Source: Candidatus Marinacidobacterium sp.
Lineage (GTDB): Bacteria; Acidobacteriota; Vicinamibacteria; Marinacidobacterales; Marinacidobacteraceae
NCBI GenBank assembly: GCA_965204755.1
Contig: OZ242011.1
Span: 1,120,001-1,184,000, forward strand
Direction of reading: 5' to 3'
Length of the DNA stretch: 64,000 bases
Made by a program: the position numbers and the translations under genes. How positions within the stretch are numbered: position 1 is the first letter of the stretch; the number at the start of each line of letters is the position of its first letter. The notes beneath the pieces were generated by a model that saw only the letters and a program-made list of their open reading frames with translations, made no database searches and was not told where the DNA came from. This document shows positions 19,987-30,183 of the stretch, piece after piece.

Positions 19987-20793
19987 GTGGACGGGGCGCG
20001 CGGGCTCCTGCTCCGCGCGAGGGGCCGGCTCGGCCAACTCCTCTTCCCGGGGCCGTGCTGCCTCTGCGACAGCGAACTGGCCGACCCGCTGGAAAGTCCG
20101 GTGTGCGCTGCCTGCCGCCGGGAGTTGCAGGCGCTTCGCGACCCGGCCTGCCCCCGCTGCGGGCTCTTCTACGCCCCGGGAGTGCGGCCGGCGCTCTGCG
20201 GCGGCTGCCGCGCGAAGCCGCCGGCGTTCCGGCTCGCGGTCTCGGCGGCGCCATACGAGGGGCCGTTTCGACGAGCGATCCTCGAACTCAAGTTCGGGCG
20301 GCGCGAACAACTCGCCCCGCTCCTCGCCGCGCCGGCCGCCGAGGCCTATCTCCGCGCCCGGGGCCGGGCGAACGGCGGCGCCGGCGAGGACGACCGGAGC
20401 AGCCCGCCGCCGGCGGCGGTCGTCCCGATCCCGCTGCCGTTCTGGCGGCGAAGGCGGCGGGGTTTCAACCAAGCCGAGTCGCTGGCTCGGACGGTCGCCG
20501 GGTCGCTCGGGCTGCCGCTCGCGCTCGGGATCCTCCGGAAAAAACACCGGCCGGCGCAGACCAGCCTGCCGCCGAGCGCCCGCGCCGCGAACGCCCGCGG
20601 CGCGTTCCGGGCGCGCCGGCTGCCCGAACGGCTGGTCGGGCGGCCGCTCCTGCTGGTGGACGATGTGTTCACCACCGGGGCGACCGTCGCCGCCGCAGCC
20701 CGGCGCCTCGCGCGCGCCGGCGCGGGGCCGCTGGATGTGCTGACCGCGGCGCGCGCGCCCACCGTCGGCGCCGCCTCCAAGCCGCGCGACTGA
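19987..20793 (+). CDS. ComF family protein (double zinc ribbon + phosphoribosyltransferase)
   Basis: Four CxxC pairs, RGFNQAE, LLVDDVFTTGAT. Confidence 0.93.
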   Translation: MDGARGLLLRARGRLGQLLFPGPCCLCDSELADPLESPVCAACRRELQALRDPACPRCGLFYAPGVRPALCGGCRAKPPAFRLAVSAAPYEGPFRRAILELKFGRREQLAPLLAAPAAEAYLRARGRANGGAGEDDRSSPPPAAVVPIPLPFWRRRRRGFNQAESLARTVAGSLGLPLALGILRKKHRPAQTSLPPSARAANARGAFRARRLPERLVGRPLLLVDDVFTTGATVAAAARRLARAGAGPLDVLTAARAPTVGAASKPRD

Positions 20794-20829
20794 CGCCTTC
20801 CCCGGCTAGGATTTCCGCCGTCCGCCGCC

Positions 20830-21651
20830 GTGCGAGCGTTCCGCTTCCCCGCCGCTTCGGCGGTCTTCCTCCTGCTCCTCCCGGGGGCGGCGGCTCCGGC
20901 GGCGGCGTGGGGGATCGAGGGGCACCGGCTGATCGGAGTGAGGGCGGTCGAGTCGCTGCCCAACCCGCTGAAGGACTACTTCGAGGAGCGCGAGGAGCAC
21001 TTCCTCGAACTGCTCGACGACCCGGCGCGGGGGCGGAGCCCGGCGCGCTTCTTCCTCGAGGCCTACGACGAGTTCCCGTTCTACGATGTGCCGGCCACGC
21101 GCGAGTTGGCGCTGAGGCGGTTCAGCGAGGAGGAGATCTCGGCGAACGGCGACGCGCTCTACCGCTTGCTCGAGGCGTGGGACGCGCTGGTCCTCGCCTT
21201 CGAGGAGAGCGACTTCGAGCAGTCGCTGGAGCGCGCCAGCGATGTCACCCACCTGGTGAGCGAACTCGGCGTCCCCCCGAATGTCTCGAACATCGGCGAC
21301 GGCCAGCCGACGCGGCAGGAGGGTTTGGCCCGCCGGTTCGACACGCAACTCACGGACATCTTCGCGGACCGGTTGCGGGTGAACCGGTCGGCCGGCGTCT
21401 ATCTCGACCGACCCGGCGAGTTCATGCGCTCGCTGCCGCTGAAGTCCCATGTGTGGGCGGACAACATCCTGTTCGTGGACGCGCATTCGCGCCGCGGAGT
21501 CGCGGACTACGGCCGGTTCTACATGGACGGGATGTGGGGCGAGTTGGCGGGCGTCGTGGAATCGCTGATGAGCGGCGCCGCGCGGGACTCCGCGAGCCTG
21601 ATCTACACCGCTTGGGTGGCCGCCGGACGCCCCGAGGTTCCGGAGTCCTGA
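20830..21651 (+). CDS. Secreted S1/P1 nuclease / Zn-phospholipase C-like protein (divergent)
   Basis: Signal peptide followed by WGIEGHRLI (mature N-terminal Trp...His motif); helical. Later metal ligands look degenerate. Confidence 0.6.
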   Translation: MRAFRFPAASAVFLLLLPGAAAPAAAWGIEGHRLIGVRAVESLPNPLKDYFEEREEHFLELLDDPARGRSPARFFLEAYDEFPFYDVPATRELALRRFSEEEISANGDALYRLLEAWDALVLAFEESDFEQSLERASDVTHLVSELGVPPNVSNIGDGQPTRQEGLARRFDTQLTDIFADRLRVNRSAGVYLDRPGEFMRSLPLKSHVWADNILFVDAHSRRGVADYGRFYMDGMWGELAGVVESLMSGAARDSASLIYTAWVAAGRPEVPES

Positions 21652-22328
21652 CCGGCCCCGAGGAGCACCCTTCCGATGCGGCGGGGCCGACGGCGCCGGC
21701 GGGCGAAACGCCCGGCCATCCCGACGAAGACGAGCGGCGAAACGAACTCGACATCGCCGCGATCCGCTCGCTTCGCGCCGGCGACGCGGACCCGAACGCC
21801 GTCTGGACGGAACTCGTCGCGCGGCACCGCGGCCGGCTGTTCTCGCTGGCGTACCGCTTCACCGGGAGATACCACGAAGCGGAAGAACTCACCCACGAGA
21901 TCATCGTGCGCGTGTTCCGCCAGTTGGACCGCTTCGACCCCCGGGCGCACTTCGCGGTGTGGCTCAACTCGGTGGCCCGGAACCACTGTATCGACCACTA
22001 CCGCTCCCGGAGCCGGGAGCGCCAGCGGCTGGTTGCGCAGGAACTCCCGTTCGAGCAGACCGTGGCGAGTCCCCGCCCCGATCCGCAACGCCTCTACGAG
22101 GATCGGGAAACGCGCGAAGAACTGTTGGGCGCCCTCGAGGGCCTCTCGCCGAAACTCCGCGAAGTGCTGCACCTCCGGTTCTTCGAGGAGTTGCCCTACG
22201 AGGAGATCTGCGAACGCCTCGGCGTCCCGGAGGGGACGGTGAAGAGCCGGATCCACCGGGGCCGGGCAGAATTGAAGCGACGCCTCCGCGCACCGCGGAG
22301 CCGGGATCCGGAGAGCCGCGCCCGATGA
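21648..22328 (+). CDS. ECF (sigma-70 group 4) RNA polymerase sigma factor
   Basis: LFSLAYRFTG...AEELTHE, FAVWLNSVARNHCIDHYR, LPYEEICERLGVPEGTVKSRIHRGR. Start uncertain (possibly CTG 21648). Confidence 0.9.
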   Translation: MTGPEEHPSDAAGPTAPAGETPGHPDEDERRNELDIAAIRSLRAGDADPNAVWTELVARHRGRLFSLAYRFTGRYHEAEELTHEIIVRVFRQLDRFDPRAHFAVWLNSVARNHCIDHYRSRSRERQRLVAQELPFEQTVASPRPDPQRLYEDRETREELLGALEGLSPKLREVLHLRFFEELPYEEICERLGVPEGTVKSRIHRGRAELKRRLRAPRSRDPESRAR

Positions 22329-22696
22329 AGACCACCATCCACCTCGAACTCCGCACCGAAGGCGGCGTCACCGTCGCCGTGCTGCGCGAGGCCCGACTCG
22401 TGTACGCCGGACTCGACTCCTTCGTGGAGCAGGTCTCCGGCAGTTTGGAGGCGCCGGGGCCGCTCCTCGCGCTCGACCTCAGCGCGGTGAACTACATCGA
22501 CTCCGCCGCGATCGGCTGCCTCATGGACCTCTACCGGCGGGCCGCCGGGAAAAACGGCGCGCTCGCGATCGCCGGACTGCAGGAGCGCGTGGAGCGGATG
22601 CTGCGGATGACCGGCGCCCACGAGTTCATCGCGCTCCACGAAAGCGCCGCCGCGGCGGTGGAAGCGCTCCGCAGCGCGGTGGAGGAGCCGTCGTGA
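22325..22696 (+). CDS. STAS-domain anti-sigma-factor antagonist
   Basis: LDLSAVNYIDSAAIGCL (phosphorylatable DS). ATGA-coupled to the sigma gene. Confidence 0.9.
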   Translation: MKTTIHLELRTEGGVTVAVLREARLVYAGLDSFVEQVSGSLEAPGPLLALDLSAVNYIDSAAIGCLMDLYRRAAGKNGALAIAGLQERVERMLRMTGAHEFIALHESAAAAVEALRSAVEEPS

Positions 22697-22983
22697 CGCG
22701 CTCCCTCGTCATGCGCGGCGGGCGCGAGATCACGCTCGACGGCGACCTGCTGGAGATCCTGGAAGCGCTCTACCGCGAGGTCTCGGTCCGGAGCGAGTTC
22801 AAGAACACCTATGAAACGATGATGCAGGAGATCAGCCACATCGTGGACTCCATGGAGGCCGACGAACGGCGCCGGTACCTCATCGAGAGCCTGTTCCTGA
22901 ACATCGTCCGCTACGAGAACGAGCGGCTCGCCGCCTTCCTCAAGATGGTCGAAACCGGCGGCGACCGGAACGACTCGGACTGA
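22693..22983 (+). CDS. Hypothetical helical protein
   Basis: GTGA overlap with the STAS gene, RBS GGAGGAG, normal amino-acid composition. Confidence 0.75.
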   Translation: MTRSLVMRGGREITLDGDLLEILEALYREVSVRSEFKNTYETMMQEISHIVDSMEADERRRYLIESLFLNIVRYENERLAAFLKMVETGGDRNDSD

Positions 22984-22995
22984 ACCCGGACCGGC

Positions 22996-23598
22996 ATGAA
23001 GACGGGAAGGCGCCCTCTCGCCGCGGCGGCGGCAGTGCTGGCCGGCGCCGGCCTCGCCGCCGCGGGCGGCTCGGTATTCGCCGCCGGCGGTTCGGTATTC
23101 GCCGCCGGCGCCGGGGCGGCGGAGACCGCGGCGCAGCGCGGCCCCCGGCTCGAAGTGGAGCCGGAGGAATGGGACTTCGGCAACGCCGGCCCGGGGGAAA
23201 CCCTCGAGCGCGACTTCGTCCTGAAGAACACCGGCAATCGGGAACTGGTGCTCGGGCGTATCGCTTCCGCCTGCGCCTGCGCCGCCGCCGTGGTGGGAAC
23301 CGAGGTGCTCCCGCCCGGCGCGGAAACCCTGCTGCGGGTCACGCTGGAGACCCGGCAGTACCGCGGCATCCTGGAGCGCTGGCTCACGATCACCTCGAAC
23401 GACCGCCGGGGCGCGAAGCGGGTGAAACTGCGCGTCTATATCGAAGACCGCGCCTCTCAGCGGCCCACGATGAGCAGGTACGCCCAGTTCGCGGCCAGCG
23501 CGGCGAGCCCGGCGGCGAGCGCCGCTCGCCCGGCGCGAAACCAGGGCGGCGTCTTCCCCAGGACGAGCAGCGCGCCGGTGGCAGCGAGCCAGCCGTGA
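22996..23598 (+). CDS. DUF1573-like Ig-fold exported protein
   Basis: WDFG...FVLKNTG...ASACAC...LPPG...ITSND pattern. Confidence 0.78.
   Translation: MKTGRRPLAAAAAVLAGAGLAAAGGSVFAAGGSVFAAGAGAAETAAQRGPRLEVEPEEWDFGNAGPGETLERDFVLKNTGNRELVLGRIASACACAAAVVGTEVLPPGAETLLRVTLETRQYRGILERWLTITSNDRRGAKRVKLRVYIEDRASQRPTMSRYAQFAASAASPAASAARPARNQGGVFPRTSSAPVAASQP
23065..23106 (+). repeat. 21-bp tandem duplication encoding GGSVFAA x2
   Basis: GGCGGCTCGGTATTCGCCGCC / GGCGGTTCGGTATTCGCCGCC. Confidence 0.85.
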
Positions 23599-23897
23599 AG
23601 CAGCGCGGCTCCCGGGTTCCAGCGGAACGCTCCGAACAGGTCACCGCGGCCGAGCGCCGCGGTGGCCCGGAAGCCGCCGCAGAACGGGCACGGAATCCCG
23701 AAGACGACCTTGACGCCGCAGAGTTCGGGAAAGTCGGACGGCCCGCCGCGTCCGGCGGCGAACGCCGCCCAGAGCCGGTCGCTCAGCGCGTCGAGCAGCG
23801 GCGCCGCGAGCACCACCGTCGCGGTCAGGGCGAGGAGCGCCGCCCCCGCGCGGCGCTCGCCGCTTCGGGGACTCGCCGGCGGGATCACTCCGGGCAT
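23457..23897 (-). CDS. DUF2752-like membrane protein
   Basis: C...GIPCPFCGGFRA...GDLFGAFRWNP motif. Start approximate. Confidence 0.8.
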   Translation of the reverse strand: MPGVIPPASPRSGERRAGAALLALTATVVLAAPLLDALSDRLWAAFAAGRGGPSDFPELCGVKVVFGIPCPFCGGFRATAALGRGDLFGAFRWNPGAALLHGWLAATGALLVLGKTPPWFRAGRAALAAGLAALAANWAYLLIVGR

Positions 23898-24042
23898 TAT
23901 CCGGGGCGGCGCGCTTCGGCGGGCGAGTCGAGTTCGGGACGGCGCGCGCTCCGTCCGCTGACGGCCCCCGCCCGCGCGGCCGAACGGCCCGCGGTTCGGC
24001 CGCTCGGCCGCTCTTCCCGAGACCGGTAGCGGAGGGCGCGGA

Positions 24043-26406
24043 GTGGCGGCCAAGACCTCGGCCGCCCGCGCCCTCTTCGCCGACGAAACGCCGGCGCCGC
24101 AGGTCGTGGACCTCGCCGAGGTCACCCGGGAGCGCTACCGCACCTATGCGCTCTCGGTCATCACCGCGCGGGCGCTTCCCGATGTCCGCGACGGCCTGAA
24201 ACCGGTCCAGCGCCGCATCCTCACCACGATGTGGCGGCAGGGCCTGAAGGCGGACGGCCGATTCCGCAAGTGCGCCAAGGTGGTCGGCGATGTGATGGGG
24301 GCCTACCACCCCCACGGCGACTCCGCGATCTACGAAGCGCTGGTGCGCATGGCCCAGCCGTTCTCCTCCCGGCTCCCGCTCGTCGAAGGCGCGGGCAACT
24401 TCGGCTCGCTCGACGGCGACCCGGCGGCCGCCATGCGATACACCGAATGCCGCCTGGCGGCGGCGGCGAACGAAGTCCTGGCCGACTTCGCGGCGAACAC
24501 CGTCCCGGAGCGGCCGACCTACGACGGCGCCCGAACCGAGCCGGTGGTGCTGCCCACCCGACTGCCGCTCCTGCTCGTGAACGGCTCGACCGGGATCGCG
24601 GTCGGCGTCGCCACTTCGATCCCGCCGCACAACCTGGTCGAAGTCACCGACGCGCTGCTCGCCCTCCTCGACGACGAGTCGCTCGGCAGCCGCGAACTCG
24701 CCCGGATCGTTCGCGGGCCGGACTTCCCCACCGGCGGGGAGATCCTCGATTCCGCCGAAGACCTCGCCGGGATCTACGAACGCGGGCGCGGCGCGGTGCG
24801 CGTCCGGGCGAAGGTCGAGGAGAGCGGCGCCCGGCGCAACATCCGCACGCTCACGATCACCTCGGTTCCCTACGGCGTCAACAAGGCGCAACTCGTCGAG
24901 CGGCTGGGCGAGATCGCCGCCGACCGCGCGCTGCCCCAACTGCTCGAAGTGAGCGACCTGTCCACCGACGATGTGCGCATCCAGTTGGAGGTCCGGAAGG
25001 ACGCCGACCCGGCCAAGGTGCTCGCCTACCTCTACAAGCGGACGCCGCTGCAATCGAACTTCACGGTGGACCTGACCTGCCTCCGGTTCGACCGCTCGCC
25101 GGGAGGCGCGCCGGAACGCGTGGGACTGAGGACGCTCCTGGCGGACTTCCTCGCGTTCCGCCGCGAGGTCGTCAGGAAGCGGCTCGAAGACGAACGGAGC
25201 AAACTCGAGGCGCGGCTCCGGGTTCTCGAAGGCTTCCGCATCGTCTTCGACGCGCTCGACCGCGTGCTCGAGATCGTACGCGCCTCCGACGGCAAGGCGG
25301 ACGCCGCGAGAAAGATCATGGCCGAGTTGCCCCTCGACGAGCAGCAGACCGACGCCATCCTCGAACTCAAGATCTACCGGTTGGCGAAGTTGGAGATCCG
25401 GGTCGTCCTCGAAGAGATGCGCAAGCGGAAGAAGCGCCTCCGCGAGGTGAAGAAACTCCTGTCCGGCGAAACCGGCGTCACCGGCGTCGTGCGCGAAGAA
25501 CTGCGGGAGATCCGCGAGAAGTACCGGGAGACCGAAACCCGGCGCACGGCGATCGGCAACGGCGCGGTGGAAACGGACTACGCGGAAGAGGACTTCATCG
25601 TCGCCGAGAACGCGGATGTGATGCTCACCCGCGACGGATGGATTCGGCGCCAGCGCGAAATCACCGACCGCGAGAAGTTGCGGATCCGGGAGGGGGACGC
25701 GCTGCTGGGGCTGGAACGCGCCAGCACGCGCGCTCCGCTCGCGCTCTTCTCCTCGCTGGGCGCCGCGTTCACGCTCCGCGCGGTGGGCGTCCCGGCGACG
25801 GCCGGCTACGGCGAGCCGGTGCAGAAGCACTTCGCCCTCCGGGACAACGAGCGGATCGTGCGGATGCTGAGCCTCGACGAACGGCTCCCGGCCGGAATGG
25901 GCGCCCGGGGAAAGAGGGCGAAGAAGGAAGACGAGATGCCGACGCACGCGCTCGCCGTGACCCGGGGCGGGTACGCGTTCCGCTTCCGGCTCGACGCCTG
26001 CCTCGAACCCTCGAACCGCAACGGACGCAAGTACGCGCGGCTCAAGAAGAACGACGAAGTGCTCGGCGTGGGACTCGCGACCGGCTCGGAGACCCTCGTC
26101 GTGGTCACGCGGAGCGGCCGGGCGCTTCTCTGCGATGTCGAAGAGATCAACCTGCTCTCCGGCCCCGGGCTCGGCGTCAAGGCCATCTCCCTGGCCCCCG
26201 GCGACCGGGTGATCGGGTTCCACCTGGCCCGCCGCCGGACGGACGCCCTGCGCGTGCGAACCGCCGGCGGGAAGAGCCGCCTGATCGCGCCGGGCACGCA
26301 CCAGGTGGGCGCCCGGGGCCGCAAGGGCGCGCCCGTCGTCAAGGGCGGCTTCTCGGAAGTGGAAACCGAAATCGAAGAGTTGCCGGAACTCCCCGCCCCG
26401 GCATGA
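24043..26406 (+). CDS. Type IIA DNA topoisomerase subunit A (ParC/GyrA-like)
   Basis: [36 protein letters not shown] catalytic Tyr, GPDFPTGG. Confidence 0.95.
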   Translation: MAAKTSAARALFADETPAPQVVDLAEVTRERYRTYALSVITARALPDVRDGLKPVQRRILTTMWRQGLKADGRFRKCAKVVGDVMGAYHPHGDSAIYEALVRMAQPFSSRLPLVEGAGNFGSLDGDPAAAMRYTECRLAAAANEVLADFAANTVPERPTYDGARTEPVVLPTRLPLLLVNGSTGIAVGVATSIPPHNLVEVTDALLALLDDESLGSRELARIVRGPDFPTGGEILDSAEDLAGIYERGRGAVRVRAKVEESGARRNIRTLTITSVPYGVNKAQLVERLGEIAADRALPQLLEVSDLSTDDVRIQLEVRKDADPAKVLAYLYKRTPLQSNFTVDLTCLRFDRSPGGAPERVGLRTLLADFLAFRREVVRKRLEDERSKLEARLRVLEGFRIVFDALDRVLEIVRASDGKADAARKIMAELPLDEQQTDAILELKIYRLAKLEIRVVLEEMRKRKKRLREVKKLLSGETGVTGVVREELREIREKYRETETRRTAIGNGAVETDYAEEDFIVAENADVMLTRDGWIRRQREITDREKLRIREGDALLGLERASTRAPLALFSSLGAAFTLRAVGVPATAGYGEPVQKHFALRDNERIVRMLSLDERLPAGMGARGKRAKKEDEMPTHALAVTRGGYAFRFRLDACLEPSNRNGRKYARLKKNDEVLGVGLATGSETLVVVTRSGRALLCDVEEINLLSGPGLGVKAISLAPGDRVIGFHLARRRTDALRVRTAGGKSRLIAPGTHQVGARGRKGAPVVKGGFSEVETEIEELPELPAPA

Positions 26407-26458
26407 TCCCACCGGCGCCGATCCCGGCGCCTCCGCCCCCTCTCCTCCCGCGACAGCG

Positions 26459-28381
26459 ATGACGAACACCACCGAGTACTCCGCGAAACAGATCACGGTC
26501 CTCGAGGGCCTGGCCCCGGTGCGGAAGCGCCCGGGCATGTACATCGGCGGCGTGGATTCCGAAGGACTCCACCACCTGGTCTGGGAACTCCTCGACAACG
26601 CCGTGGACGAGGCGATGAACGGCCACGCCTCCCGGATCGAAGTCACCCTGGAGCGCGAAGGATCCGTCATCGTCGAGGACAACGGCCGCGGCGTTCCGGT
26701 GGACCTCCACGAACCTACGGGGAAGCCGGCGCTCGAAGTCATCCTCACCACGCTCCACGCCGGCGGCAAATTCGACCGCGGGAGTTACCACGCCGCCGGC
26801 GGCCTCCACGGCGTGGGCGCGTCCGTGGTGAACGCGCTCAGCCAGTCGCTCACCGCCACGGTCAAGCGGAACCGGTGCGAGTACCGGATGTCCTTCGCCC
26901 GCGGCAAACCGCTGAACGGGATGAAGAAGCGCGAGGGAGCGACCGGAACCGGGACGCGCATCCGGTTCCTTCCGGACCCGAAGATCTTCCCGGCCACCGA
27001 GTTCTCGGCGGAGCGCATAGCGGAACGGCTGGAGGAAACCAGTTACCTGCACCGGGGACTCGAACTCCGCTTCCACGACAAGGCCGGCGGCGCACGCCCG
27101 AAGAAGTGGAAACACGAACGCGGCCTCCGGGACTACTTCGACTCGCTGGTTGCGAAGAAGGGACTCGCGCCGGCGCACGAGGCCCCGTTCGAGATCGAGA
27201 GCCAGGCGCTGAACGGCGACGGCCGGCTGGAGTTGACCCTCGGCTGGACGGAAGCCCCGCGCGAGGAGTTCCGCAGTCATGTGAACGGCATCCCGACGGG
27301 ATCCGGAGGCTCCCACGAAGCCGGATTGCGCGAAGGCGTGGCGAAGGCGGTCCGCAACTACCTGGAGACCCACTCGCTGACGCCGAGAGGACTGACGATC
27401 GCCGCCGAGGATGTGCGGGAAGGCGTGCTCGCCATCCTGAGCGTCTTCCTTCCCAACCCCCAGTTCCAGGGCCAGACCAAGGACCGACTGAACAACCCGG
27501 AGGTGCGCGCCCCGGTGGAGAACGCCGTCCGCCTGGGCCTCGAGCGGTGGCTGAACCAGTCGCCGACCGCCGCCGAACGCATCTGCAGCCGGGTGGTCCT
27601 CGCCGCCCGCGCCCGGGAAGCCTCCCGCGCCGCCTCCGCCGCGGTCTCCCGCAGGACGGAAACGCGAAAGAAGACCGTCCTCCCGGGCAAGTTGAGCGAC
27701 TGCGCCTCCCGGAACCCGGCGGAAACCGAGATCTTCATCGTCGAAGGCGACTCCGCCGGCGGCTCCGCGAAACAGGGCCGCGACCGAATGCGGCAGGCGG
27801 TGCTTCCCCTCCGCGGAAAGATCCTCAACGCCGCGCAAGCCAGCAAGGCGAAGGTCGCGGAGAACGCCGAACTGCGGGACATCGCGCTCGCCCTCGGCTG
27901 CGGAATCGACGAGAGTTGCGACCCGGACAAACTCCGGTACCAGCGCGTCGTGCTCCTCGCCGACGCCGACGCGGACGGCCACCACATCACCACCCTCCTC
28001 CTCGCCTACTTCGTCCGCTTCATGCCGAAACTGATCGAGAACCGACGCGTCTTCGTCGCCCAACCCCCGCTGTACCGGTTGGAGTTCGCCGGCGAAACCC
28101 GCTGGGCCGCCGACGAAGCCGCGAAAGAGCGAATCCTCCGCGAGCAGAAGAACGGCGCCAAGCCCAAGGCCATCACCCGCTTCAAGGGCCTCGGCGAAAT
28201 GCAGCCGTCGGTGCTCTGGGACACCACCCTGAACCCGAAGACCCGCAACCTCCTGCTCGTCGAGATGGAGTCCGCCCTCCGCGCCGACAAGTTCATCACC
28301 GACCTCATGGGCAAGGACCCCGCCGCCCGCCGCGACCTCATCCACTCCGGCGCCCCCGACCCGGAAGCCCTCGACCTGTAG
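26459..28381 (+). CDS. Type IIA DNA topoisomerase subunit B (ParE/GyrB-like)
   Basis: VRKRPGMYIG, LHAGGKF, GGLHGVG, VEGDSAGGS, PLRGKILN, DADADGHHI, RFKGLGEM. Confidence 0.96.
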   Translation: MTNTTEYSAKQITVLEGLAPVRKRPGMYIGGVDSEGLHHLVWELLDNAVDEAMNGHASRIEVTLEREGSVIVEDNGRGVPVDLHEPTGKPALEVILTTLHAGGKFDRGSYHAAGGLHGVGASVVNALSQSLTATVKRNRCEYRMSFARGKPLNGMKKREGATGTGTRIRFLPDPKIFPATEFSAERIAERLEETSYLHRGLELRFHDKAGGARPKKWKHERGLRDYFDSLVAKKGLAPAHEAPFEIESQALNGDGRLELTLGWTEAPREEFRSHVNGIPTGSGGSHEAGLREGVAKAVRNYLETHSLTPRGLTIAAEDVREGVLAILSVFLPNPQFQGQTKDRLNNPEVRAPVENAVRLGLERWLNQSPTAAERICSRVVLAARAREASRAASAAVSRRTETRKKTVLPGKLSDCASRNPAETEIFIVEGDSAGGSAKQGRDRMRQAVLPLRGKILNAAQASKAKVAENAELRDIALALGCGIDESCDPDKLRYQRVVLLADADADGHHITTLLLAYFVRFMPKLIENRRVFVAQPPLYRLEFAGETRWAADEAAKERILREQKNGAKPKAITRFKGLGEMQPSVLWDTTLNPKTRNLLLVEMESALRADKFITDLMGKDPAARRDLIHSGAPDPEALDL

Positions 28382-28407
28382 CGGCCCTGCCGGGGGGCCG
28401 CTCCGGG

Positions 28408-28466
28408 CGAGTTATGACCGAAGTTCATATTATGAATATGAAATCATAACTCGATGCTGTTATAAT
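28408..28466 (+). promoter_or_regulatory. AT-rich nested inverted repeat (putative operator) plus extended -10 TGTTATAAT
   Basis: CGAGTTATGA (28408-17) / TCATAACTCG (28444-53) enclosing TTCATATT / AATATGAA. TATAAT at 28461-66, 7 nt before GTG. Confidence 0.7.
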
Positions 28467-28473
28467 CTCCCTC

Positions 28474-30183
28474 GTGAAGCCCCACGAGGACATCCTCCAA
28501 ATCCTTGAAAAACTGGATGAATCCGTAGCCGACTCCCTCGAGTCGGAGACCCTGGAATTCAAATCGTGGAAGCGGCCAATCGAGGATCGGAAGAGGCGCA
28601 TCCGTCGACTTCGGGAGGCGGTCGTGGCGATGGCGAACTCGCGGGGCGGGGCCATCGTGCTCGGCGTGGCCGACCGGACGCTCACGCGCGCGGCGGCGGT
28701 CCACGGCGTCGGCGACCTCGACGCCGACCTCCTCCGGCGGGACATCCACGACGGCACCGACCCCCACATCCTCGTGGACATCGAGACGGTGGACACCCCG
28801 CAGGGGCGGGTTCTCGTCCTCCGGGTCCCCCGCGGAATCCCGCCGTACACCACCGCCGAGGGCGTGGCGAAGATTCGCGTCGGCAAGGAATCGAAGCCGC
28901 TCACCGGTTCCAACCTCGCCAGGATCCTGACCACCCGGGGGCGCCGCGACCTTACGGCCGAGGCCCTCCCCGGCGCCACCCGGGACGACCTCGATCCGGA
29001 AGAGTTCCACCGCCTGCGCCGGCTGATCCGGACGCACGCCGCGGACGACGGACCGGCCCGCCTCCCCGACCGCGCGTTGGTCGAAGCGCTCGGCCTCGGC
29101 AACGGGAACGAGGACGACATCACGCTGGCGGCGGTCCTGTTCCTCGGAAAGCGCTCCGCCATCGCCCGTTTCGCGCCGCGCCACGAAGTGATCTTCACCC
29201 GGCAGTCCGGGCCGACCGGGTACGACGCCCGCCACGACCTGCGCGACCCCGTGCTGTCGGCGATCGAGACCGTTCTCGGCCTGCTGGACGCCCACACCGG
29301 GCTCACGACAGTCCGCGTCGGCGGGGCGCGGGAACAGGAGTTCCCCGATGTCGGGCCGTGGGTCGCCAGGGAGGCCCTGCTGAACGCCCTGACCCACCGG
29401 GACTACTTCGCGAGCCAATCGGTGATGGTGTCGCTCCACGACGACCGACTGGAAGTCGCGAGTCCGGGCGGTTTCCCGAACGGCGTCACCGTCCACAATG
29501 TGATCCGACACGCTCCGGTGCGCCGCAATCCCCTCGTCGCCGATGTCTTCCAGAGGATCGGCCTGGTGAACCGGGCCGGGCTCGGCGTCGACCGGATACA
29601 CACCGAACTCCTGCTCGCCGGCAAGGCCCGGCCTTCCTATACCGTCGAAAGCGACTCGACGCGCCTGTCCCTGCCGACCCGCACGAGCCCCGACTTCGTC
29701 CGCTTCCTCGACGAAGAGGCCTCGAAGGGCCGCGAATTCGATCTCGACGACCTGCTGATCCTCGACGCCCTCCGGGATACTCCGGAACTCGACCGCTCGT
29801 CCGGCGCGATCGTCATCCAATCCGACGAGAGCCACGCCGGACGCTGCCTCGTCTCGCTGCGGGAGCGCGGCTACCTGTCCCCTCGCGGTCGGGGGCCCCA
29901 TGCGAAGTACGGTCTGAGCACCGCACTCATCCACCTGCGCCGCCAGCCGGAACGCCCGCATGGCGGAGCAGCGCCCGAAGTCAGACGCCTGGTCCTGGAC
30001 GCCCTCTCGCGAGGAGACCGACTCTCCAACACCGATGTGAGAAGCCTCACCGGGCTGAGCCGGCAGGACACCGTACGGCTCATGGGCCAACTCCGCGAAG
30101 AAGGATTCGCCACCCTGGAGGGAACCCGCCGCGGCGCCCGCTACCTCCGCGGCCCCGAACTCCGGCCCCGGCGGAGCCCGTGA
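28474..30183 (+). CDS. AlbA_2 (Schlafen-like) domain + HATPase-like domain + winged HTH protein
   Basis: ESETLEFK...AMANSRGGAIVLGVAD; REALLNALTHRDY; SPGGFP; RNPLVADVF...GLGV; C-terminal HTHs. Confidence 0.88.
   Translation: MKPHEDILQILEKLDESVADSLESETLEFKSWKRPIEDRKRRIRRLREAVVAMANSRGGAIVLGVADRTLTRAAAVHGVGDLDADLLRRDIHDGTDPHILVDIETVDTPQGRVLVLRVPRGIPPYTTAEGVAKIRVGKESKPLTGSNLARILTTRGRRDLTAEALPGATRDDLDPEEFHRLRRLIRTHAADDGPARLPDRALVEALGLGNGNEDDITLAAVLFLGKRSAIARFAPRHEVIFTRQSGPTGYDARHDLRDPVLSAIETVLGLLDAHTGLTTVRVGGAREQEFPDVGPWVAREALLNALTHRDYFASQSVMVSLHDDRLEVASPGGFPNGVTVHNVIRHAPVRRNPLVADVFQRIGLVNRAGLGVDRIHTELLLAGKARPSYTVESDSTRLSLPTRTSPDFVRFLDEEASKGREFDLDDLLILDALRDTPELDRSSGAIVIQSDESHAGRCLVSLRERGYLSPRGRGPHAKYGLSTALIHLRRQPERPHGGAAPEVRRLVLDALSRGDRLSNTDVRSLTGLSRQDTVRLMGQLREEGFATLEGTRRGARYLRGPELRPRRSP

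Noticed and set aside
18348-22328. 1326-aa ORF
   Set aside because: Arg/Gly/Pro-rich shadow frame over real genes; only the last ~225 codons (ECF sigma) are coding.
28411-28450. dif site or integron attC
   Set aside because: Lacks the XerD arm TTATGTTAAAT. The GTT...AAC order is opposite to attC (RYYYAAC...GTTRRRY), and no integrase is nearby.
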